DNA of 64,000 nt from Candidatus Aquilonibacter sp. (GTDB lineage: Bacteria > Vulcanimicrobiota > Vulcanimicrobiia > Vulcanimicrobiales > Vulcanimicrobiaceae), in the NCBI GenBank assembly GCA_050015295.1, contig JBEKBR010000015.1, forward strand, positions 2,262 to 66,261. Reading direction: 5' to 3'. Numbering within the stretch: the first letter of the stretch is position 1; the number at the start of each line of letters is the position of its first letter. The notes under the pieces are model-generated. The model was not told the origin of the DNA. It did not search any database and saw nothing but the letters and a program-made list of their open reading frames with translations. Below are positions 8,900 to 18,030 of this stretch, in pieces. Made by a program: the position numbers and the translations under genes.

Positions 8900-10045
8900 C
8901 TAGATAACGAACCCGTCGGAAAACGCGGGCTTGTAAAAGGTGAAGCCGTCGGCGGTAATCGTGAAGAGGTACACGTTGGGAAACGTGGCGTCGCCGGCGT
9001 AGTTGAACGAGTAATTACCGACCATGAGCTGGTACGTCCCGCCCTGCTGCAGCTGCTCGAGTACTTGAAAGCGATTCGAAGCACTGGCCCGCTGTTGCGC
9101 TAAGATGATCAACTGCGCGGCAGCGTAACCGTAAGCGGAAAAAGCCGTTATGGCGCCGACCGCATTGCGAAAGTCGGGCAAGTAGGTGACGATCGATGGC
9201 ACCTTGTCCAACGGCGGAAGCGCCGAGGCAACGATCGCACCATTGAGCGCCTTGCCGTACGTCTTCGGCACATCGGCGGTGTAGAAGCTATCGGCAAAGC
9301 CGAAATCGCCGGTGTACCCGGCGGTGCGCAATGCAACCGCAATCGGCCCGAGTTTGTCGGGGCGCCCGGCGAAGAAGATGTAGGCGGGCGCGTGTCGCTG
9401 GATAATCGCGGTTGAATCGGCGACGTCGGCGTTGGATTCGAGCGTGAGCAATTCGGAGTTGTGCTTGAGCGCCTTCGCCTGCGCGATGAAGGCGCGTGTG
9501 ACGTCGAGACCGTAGTCGCCGTCGACGATGACGCCGAGGACGTTCGAGAGTGTGCGCCCGCGCAGGATGGCGCTGGCGAAGAGCCGCCCCTCCGACGAGT
9601 CGCTTGACGGAAGACGATAGACGTTGTGGTACCCTTGCTGCGTAAGTTTGTCGCCGGTGACGCACGGCGCGACGAGCGCGAAGCCCGAGTTGCCATACTG
9701 CGGCAGGGCCGTGACGGTGACGTCGAGCGTCAGATCGCCGACCATGCCGATGATGGTCGGATCTGCGGCGGCGACGAGGACGTTGGACGTCGCGATCGCG
9801 CCGGAATTCTGATCGTCGAAGTATCGGACGCCGTACGCCTTGGTCAGTTGCGCGTTGTATTTATTGGTTTCATTGATCGCGGCGGTCACGCCGTTGAGCA
9901 CGCCGCGTCCGTAGTCCGCGTAAGCGCCCGAAAGCGGAACGTTGACGCCGATAGTGACTTGCTGCAAGATCGGCTGCTGGAGTGGCGTGACCGGCACAGC
10001 GGTCGTCGCTGCCAGCATTCCCCCAAGAAACGTTGCGCGATCCAT
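8900..10045 (-). CDS. LivK-type (Peripla_BP_6) ABC substrate-binding protein, orphan
   Basis: MDRATFLGGMLAATTAVPV is a signal-like N-terminus. VTIGVNVPLSGAYADYGRGVLNGVTAAINETN is typical of Leu/Ile/Val-type binding proteins. Its ATG overlaps the UbiA stop (TGATG). The 10288 start in the track is a shadow extension. Confidence 0.8.
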   Translation of the reverse strand: MDRATFLGGMLAATTAVPVTPLQQPILQQVTIGVNVPLSGAYADYGRGVLNGVTAAINETNKYNAQLTKAYGVRYFDDQNSGAIATSNVLVAAADPTIIGMVGDLTLDVTVTALPQYGNSGFALVAPCVTGDKLTQQGYHNVYRLPSSDSSEGRLFASAILRGRTLSNVLGVIVDGDYGLDVTRAFIAQAKALKHNSELLTLESNADVADSTAIIQRHAPAYIFFAGRPDKLGPIAVALRTAGYTGDFGFADSFYTADVPKTYGKALNGAIVASALPPLDKVPSIVTYLPDFRNAVGAITAFSAYGYAAAQLIILAQQRASASNRFQVLEQLQQGGTYQLMVGNYSFNYAGDATFPNVYLFTITADGFTFYKPAFSDGFVI

Positions 10046-10893
10046 CAGTGAACGAGATACCCTCCCAGCGTGGCGGCCAAGAAGACCACCGAGAACGCCA
10101 TGTTCCCGGTAAAGATACGTTCGTTCAATACAAAAACGTTCTCGGACATGCCGTACAGCCGGTTTTCGTACACGGTGAGGGCAATCGCGGCGGCAACGCC
10201 GGCGTAATAGAGCCATCCCGCGCCGCCGAGTATGCCCGCCAGAGCCAGCACCGCAGCCATCACCGCGTGCAGCGCGATCGGGACCCAACGCCCGGCGCGT
10301 TCACCGAAGCGGACCGGGACCGAGTTGATGTGCTGCTCGCGGTCGGTCGGAAGATCCATGAGCGCGTAGGCGATATCGAATCCCGCAACCCAGACGGTCA
10401 CCGCAATGAAGAGCAAGAACGCGCTTGCGCTCACCGTGCCGGTCACGCCGATGTACGCACCGAGCGGTGCGAGCCCGTCGACGGCTCCGAGCACGAAATG
10501 CACGAGCCAAGTGAAGCGCTTGCAGAGCGGATAGACCAACACGCCGACGGCGGCAATCGGCAGCAGCTTGACGCACAGCGGATTGAGCATCCAAGCGGAG
10601 ATCAGTAACAGCACGAGGCCCAGCGCGATCGCCCAGATCATGACCGCAGGCGCAAGCGTGCCGTTCGCGAGCGCGCGCCGTGCGGTGCGCGGATTACGCG
10701 CATCGATCTCACGATCGAAGTAGCGGTTCGCTGCCATGGCCGCAGTGCGCGCGCCGAGCACCGCGAGCGTAATCCATAGCAACGACCACCAGCTCGGGAG
10801 ACCGCGCGCACCGAGTACGGCGCCGACGTAGGCAAACGGCAACGCGAAGAGCGTGTGCTCGATGCGAATCTCGCGCAAGAATAGTCTAGTCAC
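10045..10893 (-). CDS. UbiA-family aromatic prenyltransferase (menaquinone/ubiquinone type)
   Basis: IRIEHTLFALPFAYVGAVL, NRYFDREIDARNPRTARR and DIAYALMDLPTDRE are the two Asp-rich UbiA motifs, and there are about 8 TM spans. A GTG at 10893 gives an 8-nt overlap with the UbiD stop. The ATG at 10974 is an alternative start. Confidence 0.85.
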   Translation of the reverse strand: MTRLFLREIRIEHTLFALPFAYVGAVLGARGLPSWWSLLWITLAVLGARTAAMAANRYFDREIDARNPRTARRALANGTLAPAVMIWAIALGLVLLLISAWMLNPLCVKLLPIAAVGVLVYPLCKRFTWLVHFVLGAVDGLAPLGAYIGVTGTVSASAFLLFIAVTVWVAGFDIAYALMDLPTDREQHINSVPVRFGERAGRWVPIALHAVMAAVLALAGILGGAGWLYYAGVAAAIALTVYENRLYGMSENVFVLNERIFTGNMAFSVVFLAATLGGYLVH

Positions 10894-12400
10894 GCAGCGT
10901 CCTCCGGAACGCTTCTGGGCCCTGGCCGGACCAGGCGTCCGGCACGAGCGATTTTGCGATTCCATCGAGCCCATAGTCGTGCCAGCGTTTGCTGACGCGT
11001 TCTTTGGTGGCTTTGTCCATTACGATGTCCGGCGGCCACTCGCGCGTGTAGCCTTCGGCGGCGCTCTTGCGCGTTGCGTCGATGCCGACCTTGGTGCCGT
11101 AGGCGATCGAATACGAGCCGTGGTCGAGATCGTCGACCGGTCCCGGCATCATCACCACGTCGCGCTCGGGCGCGAGATTGTTGAGCGCAAACCAGGCGAC
11201 GCTGCGAACGTCCTGCACGTCGATGTCGGCATCGACGACGAGCAGCACGCGCGTGAGCATCATCATGTGCCCGAGTCCCCAGAGCGCGTTCATCACTTTC
11301 TTTGCGTGACCGGGATACTGCTTGCGAATCGAGACGATCGCTAGGTTATGGAACCCGCCTTCCACCGGCAAGTTCATGTCGACCACTTCCGGTAACACCA
11401 TTTGCAGCAAGGGAAGGAAAATGCGCTCGGTGGCTTTGCCGAACCATGCGTCTTCCATCGGCGGTTTCCCCACCACCGTCGCGGCATAGATCGGATTGCG
11501 CCGATGGGTGACGCACGTAACGTGAAACGTCGGATAGGTGTCGGCTAAGCTGTACACGCCGGTGTGATCGCCGAACGGCCCTTCGGTGCGCAGGTCGGTG
11601 TTGTCGACGTAGCCCTCGAGCACGAACTCCGCGCCGGCCGGTACTTTGACGTCGATCGTGCGCGCCTTGACCAACTCGACGGGCTTACCGCGCAACAGAC
11701 CGGCGAACGCAAACTCGTCGAGTACCGGCGGTAGCGGTGCGGTGGCAGCGTAGGTCAACACCGGATCGCTGCCGATCGCCACCGCAACCGGAATCTTTTC
11801 GCCCCAGGCATCGGCGTGGGCGCGGCCCTGCTTGTGGCGCTGCCAGTGCATGCCGGTTTCGCGTTCGTTATACACTTGCATCCGGTACATGCCGACGTTC
11901 GGACGACCACTGCGCGGATCGTTCGTGATCACCAACGGCAGCGTGATGAATGGGCCGCCGTCGAGCGGCCAGGTCGTGAGCACTGGTAACTTGCGCAAGT
12001 CGGGATCGCGGATCACGACTTCTTGGCATGCCGCATCGCGCACGGTTTTAGGAATCGCGTTTGCTAACGGCGCGAAACGCTTGAACGCATCGAATTTCTC
12101 ACCCCACGATGCACCCGGGGGCGAAAGATCGAGCAGCGCCCGCAAGCGCGCGGCGACCGCGTCAAGCGCGCTTGCATCAAAGGCCATCGCCATGCGCCGT
12201 TGCGAGCCGAACTGATTGGTGAGCACAGGGAACGCCGAGCCCTTCACGTCCTCGAAGAAGAGCGCCGGGCCGCCGGCTTTCACGACGCGATCGGTGATCT
12301 CCGCGATCTCGAGATAGGGGTCCACCCGTGTGGCGATCGTGTGGACTTCGCCGGCGCGGCGCAACGCGTCGAGAAAGGGCCGCAGGGAGTCGAAGGGCAT
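10886..12400 (-). CDS. UbiD-family decarboxylase (menaquinone-biosynthesis decarboxylase-like)
   Basis: 504 aa with LRPFLDALRRAGEVHTI...GGPALFFEDVKGS...PNVGMYRMQV...GPFGDHTG, the typical UbiD family pattern. Confidence 0.9.
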   Translation of the reverse strand: MPFDSLRPFLDALRRAGEVHTIATRVDPYLEIAEITDRVVKAGGPALFFEDVKGSAFPVLTNQFGSQRRMAMAFDASALDAVAARLRALLDLSPPGASWGEKFDAFKRFAPLANAIPKTVRDAACQEVVIRDPDLRKLPVLTTWPLDGGPFITLPLVITNDPRSGRPNVGMYRMQVYNERETGMHWQRHKQGRAHADAWGEKIPVAVAIGSDPVLTYAATAPLPPVLDEFAFAGLLRGKPVELVKARTIDVKVPAGAEFVLEGYVDNTDLRTEGPFGDHTGVYSLADTYPTFHVTCVTHRRNPIYAATVVGKPPMEDAWFGKATERIFLPLLQMVLPEVVDMNLPVEGGFHNLAIVSIRKQYPGHAKKVMNALWGLGHMMMLTRVLLVVDADIDVQDVRSVAWFALNNLAPERDVVMMPGPVDDLDHGSYSIAYGTKVGIDATRKSAAEGYTREWPPDIVMDKATKERVSKRWHDYGLDGIAKSLVPDAWSGQGPEAFRRTLRD

Positions 12401-12453
12401 GGCGTGGGGTTTCTCGGCAGTTCCACGACCCTCCCCGTCGAAAACGTCGCAGC

Positions 12454-12903
12454 ATGGAACCGCTCGATTTGACGCGGCAACCGCCGCGCTCGTGCTACGA
12501 AGAACTCGACGGATTGATGATGATGCCGCGCACTATCGACAAATTGCGCGGATTTCTGCCGGGCGGCGACCCCGGCGAATACTTTATCAACGGTGCGATT
12601 CCCGGCATGTCCGGTTTTCTGTTGGATCGTCTTGGAATTTCGGAAGAGGCGCTCCGCGAGGTTGTGGCGCGGGCCGCCGATGAGGGCGAGGTCGCGGTTT
12701 GGCTGCGCGAGCATACCGACCCGTCGCTGTATCCCGCGCTCAATGAAACCTTGCGCCGTATCCGGCCGAAGCACGCGCACGATCCTGAATTCTTTGCGCA
12801 GCTCTACGCACCGACGCTGGCGTTGCATCCGGAACTCGAGCGTATCGTCGACATCATCGATGCCGACGACCAGCGGGTCTTTAAAGCCTCGGCGCAACGA
12901 TGA
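12454..12903 (+). CDS. DUF5069-like protein (paralog 1)
   Basis: MEPLDLTRQPPRSCYEELDGLMMMPRTIDKLRGFLPGG..GEY aligns residue for residue with the N-terminus of the ORF at 60479. ATGA overlap with the downstream hydrolase. Confidence 0.7.
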   Translation: MEPLDLTRQPPRSCYEELDGLMMMPRTIDKLRGFLPGGDPGEYFINGAIPGMSGFLLDRLGISEEALREVVARAADEGEVAVWLREHTDPSLYPALNETLRRIRPKHAHDPEFFAQLYAPTLALHPELERIVDIIDADDQRVFKASAQR

Positions 12904-13661
12904 TCGCATTACTTCTCGCCGCGCAGATCCAACTTTCACCGGTCAGCTTTCCGAGCAAGGATGCGGGGGTGCCGCTGACCGGTACGCTCTACGAAGCGCC
13001 AGGATTGACCGCACCAACGCCGGGCGTCGTGATCATGCACGCCTGTGATGGTCTCGATTCGGACATCGCAGCGTGGGGAAATTGGTTTGCGCAGAACGGC
13101 TACGTTGCACTGGCGCCCGATAGCTTTGGTCCGCGCCACGTCGGACGCGTGTGCGGCACGCCGGCTGTACCGGTGCGCGTGCGCGCGTTGGATGCGTACG
13201 GCGCGCTGGCGTATTTGCGAACCCTGCCGAACGTCGATCCCTCTCATATTGGGATCGTCGGCTTCTCACACGGTGGCGGCGCCGTCCTTTGGACCGAGAA
13301 TGCACAGGTCGCAAGCGATGCAGGCTTTGCGCAGAACGGCTTTGCCGCGTCGATTGCCTTTTATCCGTCCGCCTGCGATCAAGTGGTCGCGAAATCGTTG
13401 CTCGACCCGCTGGTCATTCTCATCGGCGCGGATGACGATTGGACCGATGCCGCAACCTGCGAGCACTTTATTAACAGCGCCGATCCCACGGCCACCGTCG
13501 GGACGATCCACGTGTATCCCGGCACCTATCACAAGTTCGACGACGCAACGGCAAACAAGTACGCGCACGTCAACGGTCACATCTACACGCTGCGTTACAA
13601 TCCGCAGGCCGCAGCCGACGCGCACGACCGCGTTTTGGCCTACTTCAAACAGTATCTCTGA
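12900..13661 (+). CDS. Dienelactone hydrolase family alpha/beta hydrolase
   Basis: GVVIMHACDGL, the nucleophile elbow IVGFSHGG, GADDDWT and a late His. Signal-like N-terminus. Confidence 0.8.
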   Translation: MIALLLAAQIQLSPVSFPSKDAGVPLTGTLYEAPGLTAPTPGVVIMHACDGLDSDIAAWGNWFAQNGYVALAPDSFGPRHVGRVCGTPAVPVRVRALDAYGALAYLRTLPNVDPSHIGIVGFSHGGGAVLWTENAQVASDAGFAQNGFAASIAFYPSACDQVVAKSLLDPLVILIGADDDWTDAATCEHFINSADPTATVGTIHVYPGTYHKFDDATANKYAHVNGHIYTLRYNPQAAADAHDRVLAYFKQYL

Positions 13662-13664
13662 GTG

Positions 13665-14228
13665 TCATTTCCAGAACGGCTCGGCCATCCACGAATCTTT
13701 GAGCTGTTGCGTGCGCGTGGTTGTGAGCGCGGTCGCGCAGCCGTCCTTTGCGTGCGAACACGCCGTATTACGATACCGCATGAATGCACGTTCCGAGTCT
13801 GCGAGTAGCCCTCGTTCTTGCGGCGTTACGAGCAGTTCGAGCAAACCGTAGATGCGCTCGTGTTCGGCTTGGACCCGTTGATCGGGAATGGCCGCCGTCG
13901 GATTCGGCAGACCGGTGAACAAGCTAATGTCGCGAACGCGTGCGAGCGCGGAAGCGGCGTTGCACTGCGCTTCGACCATCGGCTGCATCGAGCCGCCCGC
14001 AACCAAGGCTGCATCGAACGCGCAGGCTGCCCTGCGCGCGTCGTCCCAGCGCATTTCGCTCAAGTGCAAGAGCGGATCGTTGTACGTGCGCCACTCGGCA
14101 GTTTGAAACGCCGCCGCCTCGAGTTTATCGCTGTGCGTTTGTGCGCCCGCGGCGCATTCGTCCAGGTCGAGCTGGGTTGCGGTCGCACCACAGTTGAGTG
14201 CCGCGACCAGAATCGCGACGATGATCAC
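13665..14228 (-). CDS. DUF1311/LprI-like secreted protein
   Basis: Hydrophobic N-terminus MIIVAILVAALNCG. Two Cys-bracketed helical repeats end in ...AFMRYRNTAC, as in DUF1311. GTGA overlap with the SDR stop. Confidence 0.55.
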   Translation of the reverse strand: MIIVAILVAALNCGATATQLDLDECAAGAQTHSDKLEAAAFQTAEWRTYNDPLLHLSEMRWDDARRAACAFDAALVAGGSMQPMVEAQCNAASALARVRDISLFTGLPNPTAAIPDQRVQAEHERIYGLLELLVTPQERGLLADSERAFMRYRNTACSHAKDGCATALTTTRTQQLKDSWMAEPFWK

Positions 14229-15064
14229 GGCAATTTCATCGCGCGCTTCACCAGCGCGTCACGCGTCGACGGCGGCAGAATCGCGGCGACGGCTTGAATA
14301 CGCGCTTGGCGGCCGATCACATAGCGCTCGCGCGGCTTGGGCGCGCGCAGCGCCGCAAGGACGGTCGCGGCGATGACTTGGGGATCCATGCCTTCGCGCT
14401 CTTCCACGCGGGTTTGCGCGATGACGGCATCGGCCAGCCCGCCGTAGTACGTCATCGCTTGCGGCGGCATCGAGGCGACGAGCGCATCGCGACCGGCGCG
14501 ACCCTTTTGCCAGATCGGCGTTTTGACCGCAGCGAATTCGAGCAGGGAGACCGCGATGCCAAACTTCGCGAGCTCCTGGCGCAAGGCGTCGGTGAGCGAC
14601 GCGATCGCGGCCTTGGACGCACTGTACGGACCCACGAACGGCGCGGAAAGGCGTCCTGCAATCGAACCGACGTTGATAATGCGTCCGCGCGTTTCACGCA
14701 GAAGCGGTAATGCCGCTTGCGTCATGGCGATCGGCGCGATCACGTTGATTTCGAATTGATGCCTCAGGGCTTCGAGCGGCAGAAACTCGAGCGGTCCGGC
14801 GATCGCGACGCCGGCGTTGTTCACGAGAGCGACGAGCGAATCGCCGTTTTCGCGGACCGTTTGCACTGCACGCGTGACATCGGCCGGGACGGTGACATCG
14901 AGAATGATGGGCCGGATGCGCGTGTGCTCGGCTTCTAGGCGTTCGCGATCCGCTTCTTTGCGCACACCGGCGTAGACCGTGTATCCGTTTGCCGCCAGGT
15001 GCATCGCGATGGCATGGCCGATGCCGGTCGATGCACCTGTGACTAGAACTGCGTCGTTAGCCAT
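14225..15064 (-). CDS. Short-chain dehydrogenase/reductase (SDR)
   Basis: VLVTGASTGIGHAIA, NNAG and YSASKAA (YxxxK). The ATG at 15064 overlaps the VOC gene end by 8 nt. Confidence 0.85.
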   Translation of the reverse strand: MANDAVLVTGASTGIGHAIAMHLAANGYTVYAGVRKEADRERLEAEHTRIRPIILDVTVPADVTRAVQTVRENGDSLVALVNNAGVAIAGPLEFLPLEALRHQFEINVIAPIAMTQAALPLLRETRGRIINVGSIAGRLSAPFVGPYSASKAAIASLTDALRQELAKFGIAVSLLEFAAVKTPIWQKGRAGRDALVASMPPQAMTYYGGLADAVIAQTRVEEREGMDPQVIAATVLAALRAPKPRERYVIGRQARIQAVAAILPPSTRDALVKRAMKLP

Positions 15065-15827
15065 TTGCCTTTCGTTGGTGAATGATGACGGCGTTGCCTT
15101 CGGGATCGGGCCCAAAGGCCATTAGACAGTTCGGCGTTTCGATGACGTCGCTGAGCTCGACACCGCGGCTACGCAGTTCTGCGGCTTTTGCACGGACGCT
15201 ATCGACGGCGAACATCACGAACCCACCCTTGCGCTTATCGGGCATCCGCCACACGCCGAATGTCGAGCCGTCCGCGAGTTCGAATTCGGACCCGCGCCCT
15301 TCCTCGTCAATGTCGGTCGGCGTCAAGGCGAGCACGTCGCGATAATATGCGATGGCACCCTGAGGATCGGCCACCATATAACCGGCGAGATCGATGCCGT
15401 TGATCGTTGTGAGCGTGCGCGCTTGACCCGAAGGCTTATGCTCGTCTTTTGCTTTTTTCTGGTGCACGATCACGCCGTTGCCTTCGGAATCCTGGCCCAT
15501 TGCCATATGGCAGACCGGCGATTCGAACGGGTCAGAAATCGCACCACCACGATCGCGGATGGCGTCCACCGCTGCGGCAGCGTCGCCCACCGCGAACATC
15601 ACGCTGAAGCCCGGCTCCATGCTTTCGCTTTCCGGCGGCTGCCAGATTCCGAACGTGGTGCCGTCGGGAAGGTGGAATTCGGCACCGTTTTCCGAGACGA
15701 CCGATGGCGGCATGCCGAGCGTATCGCGGTAAAACACGAGCGCCGTTTGCAGATCGCGGACGGTGACGCCGGCCAGGTCGGTGCCGGTGACCGCGCTGGC
15801 GGCTCGGGGCGTGGATTGAACGCTCAC
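15057..15827 (-). CDS. VOC (glyoxalase/bleomycin-resistance) family protein, two tandem domains
   Basis: Two repeats of ...A..FYRD.LG..P........G.EF.L.DG..FG.W. GTG start preceded by AAAGGAGAA. Confidence 0.8.
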   Translation of the reverse strand: MSVQSTPRAASAVTGTDLAGVTVRDLQTALVFYRDTLGMPPSVVSENGAEFHLPDGTTFGIWQPPESESMEPGFSVMFAVGDAAAAVDAIRDRGGAISDPFESPVCHMAMGQDSEGNGVIVHQKKAKDEHKPSGQARTLTTINGIDLAGYMVADPQGAIAYYRDVLALTPTDIDEEGRGSEFELADGSTFGVWRMPDKRKGGFVMFAVDSVRAKAAELRSRGVELSDVIETPNCLMAFGPDPEGNAVIIHQRKANG

Positions 15828-15875
15828 GGGGTTCTCCTTTGCGTCGTTTGAAGGTGCCCCAAGCGTAACCGGCCT

Positions 15876-15896
15876 ATATGACAGGCGCTGTCATAT
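15876..15896. promoter_or_regulatory. Perfect palindrome ATATGACAG-GCG-CTGTCATAT (operator-like)
   Basis: 9-bp arms and a 3-bp spacer, AT-rich. It lies 49 nt upstream of the VOC operon start and 14 nt downstream of the tetR stop. Confidence 0.45.
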
Positions 15897-15909
15897 TTAC
15901 CCGGCCGGG

Positions 15910-16500
15910 CTAGAACTGGAGGGCGCTTTCGACGCGGTCGATGGCGCGATTGAGCACCTCGCGTATGCGTCGCTCGCCCCCGGTCGCGCCCTGTTCGAAC
16001 CAGAGCGAGAACGCCTCTTGCAGCGCGCCGGTCAAGGCACCGCATGCGATGCGAACATCAAGGTCGTTGGTTGGTCTGCGGAGATGGCGGGCCATCAACG
16101 CGGCAAAGAGCTCGATTGCACGTTCCTGTTCCTCGATGAACGCCGCCGCTAACGCCGGCGTCTTTCTGCGAAGCTGATGGCGCGCGAGAAGCAGCTCACG
16201 ATCGCGATCGAAATATTCGGCAAGCACGCCGGTCATCATCGCGCGTACCGATTCGATGATCGGTTCGTCGGCGGGACGATCCAGAAGCGACTGAATGACG
16301 ATCGGATCGTACTCGTCGGTAACGACCACGTCTTCCTTGGATCGGTAGTAGCGATAGACGGTTGCGGGTGAAACCCCGGCAGCTTCCGCGATTTGCTCGA
16401 CCGTCGTCTGCTCGTAGCCTTGCTCGGTGAAGAGGCGTATCGCTTCCTTCTGAATCATCGTGCGGACGTGCTCTTTCTTGCGTTCGCGAAGTCCGGCCAT
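15910..16500 (-). CDS. TetR/AcrR family transcriptional regulator
   Basis: RERKKEHVRTMIQKEAIRLFTEQGYEQTTVEQIAEAAGVSPATVYRYYRSKED is a TetR HTH. Its ATG overlaps the MFS stop (TAATG). Confidence 0.85.
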   Translation of the reverse strand: MAGLRERKKEHVRTMIQKEAIRLFTEQGYEQTTVEQIAEAAGVSPATVYRYYRSKEDVVVTDEYDPIVIQSLLDRPADEPIIESVRAMMTGVLAEYFDRDRELLLARHQLRRKTPALAAAFIEEQERAIELFAALMARHLRRPTNDLDVRIACGALTGALQEAFSLWFEQGATGGERRIREVLNRAIDRVESALQF

Positions 16501-17981
16501 TAGGCGGCCTGCGCCATCTGCGGCGACTCGCTGCTGGCTTGCGCGGCGGTGCCGGGACGCACGAACAATATCAGCGGAATCGTGGCGATAAAGAGCAGCG
16601 CGCTCAAGCGGAACACGTAGTCGTAGGCGATGACGCTCGAGGCTTGCGCGAGCAAGCCCATCAGCGTCGCTTGCGATGCGCCGTGCGCTTGCGTGATGCC
16701 GCCGGCGAGCTCCGACCACGCAACCGCGGTCTCGCGCGTGAGCAGCGTGGTAATCACCGCGATGCCGAGGCTTCCGCCAAGTTGACGAATGAGCTGCGAA
16801 ATGCCGGTCGCACCGGCAAGTTCTTCGCGCGGAACTTTCGAGAGCATCAGCTGGGTGAGCGGAATGAAGAGCAAACCGAGACCGAAGCCGATGAGCGCGC
16901 GTGGCCAGAACGTGTTATCGAGTCCAGCGTCTTGCGTCAGTCCACCGAGTTGCCAATTGGCCCATGCGGCCATCAGCGCGCCGGTAACGAGCAGGATGCG
17001 TGCGTCGACTTTGTTGACGATACGGCTGGTGATGATCATCGCCACAGCGGTCGCGATCGCGTTTGGTATTAGTGCCTTGCCTGATTCGAGTGCGGTCATC
17101 CCGAGAATGCTTTGGAAAAACAGCGGAACGATCAACTCGCTGCCAAAGAGGCCAAACCCGACGACGAATAAGATCACGTTCCCCATGCTGAAGCTCGGGA
17201 TGCGAAAGACACGCAGATTCACAACGGGATAGCGATCGCGCGCGGTCATGATTCCGAAGACGACGAGCGACACGACGGAGACGATCGCAAGTGTCACGAT
17301 GGTGGTCGAATCCCACCAATCCTCGTGCTGGCCACGCTCGAGCACGTATTGCAGTGAGATTAAACCGATGGCCATTAAGCCGAGTGCCATCCAATCGATC
17401 TCGCGCCGCGCGCGTTCGATGTAGTGCGGCGTTGGAATGAACGCGAGCGCCATGAGGAAGGTGAGGATGCCGAACGGGACGTTGATAAGAAAGATCAGGG
17501 GCCAGGAGGCGTTGTCCACGATGTAGCCGCCCATCACCGGGCCCAGCGCCGGCGCTGCCATGATGCCGATGCCAAAGATGGCCATCGACGCGCCCGAGCG
17601 CTTTGGTCCGAACGTTTCAAAGAGAATCGCTTGCGCGGTCGGCTGCAGCACGCCACCGCCGAGTCCTTGCACCATGCGGCAAATCGTGAGCGCCACGATG
17701 CTGTGCGCCATACCGCACATGAACGACGCGATCGTGAAGATCGCAATCGCGCTGCAGTAAAACGTCTTGCGTCCGAGATAGGCGGTAAGCCAACCGTTGA
17801 GTGGCATCACGAGCACGGCCGCGAGAATGTAGCCGGTTGCAACCCACGCCGCATCGTCGAGCGACGCGCCGAGGTTGCCGGCGATCGTCGGCAGCGCAAC
17901 GTTGACGATCGTCATATCGACGATCGCCATGAACACGCCGAGCATCACGGTAACCGTGATAAAGAATTGGGCGCGCGTCAT
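16500..17981 (-). CDS. MFS transporter, DHA2 (EmrB/QacA) 14-TMS drug/H+ antiporter family
   Basis: 493 aa with IVNVALPTIAGNLGAS, GWLTAYLGRK and about 14 hydrophobic spans. Confidence 0.9.
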   Translation of the reverse strand: MTRAQFFITVTVMLGVFMAIVDMTIVNVALPTIAGNLGASLDDAAWVATGYILAAVLVMPLNGWLTAYLGRKTFYCSAIAIFTIASFMCGMAHSIVALTICRMVQGLGGGVLQPTAQAILFETFGPKRSGASMAIFGIGIMAAPALGPVMGGYIVDNASWPLIFLINVPFGILTFLMALAFIPTPHYIERARREIDWMALGLMAIGLISLQYVLERGQHEDWWDSTTIVTLAIVSVVSLVVFGIMTARDRYPVVNLRVFRIPSFSMGNVILFVVGFGLFGSELIVPLFFQSILGMTALESGKALIPNAIATAVAMIITSRIVNKVDARILLVTGALMAAWANWQLGGLTQDAGLDNTFWPRALIGFGLGLLFIPLTQLMLSKVPREELAGATGISQLIRQLGGSLGIAVITTLLTRETAVAWSELAGGITQAHGASQATLMGLLAQASSVIAYDYVFRLSALLFIATIPLILFVRPGTAAQASSESPQMAQAA

Positions 17982-18030
17982 CGCTTTTGGAGCACGCCTT
18001 CCTCGAGCGAAGCCACGTGCGGACCCACCT

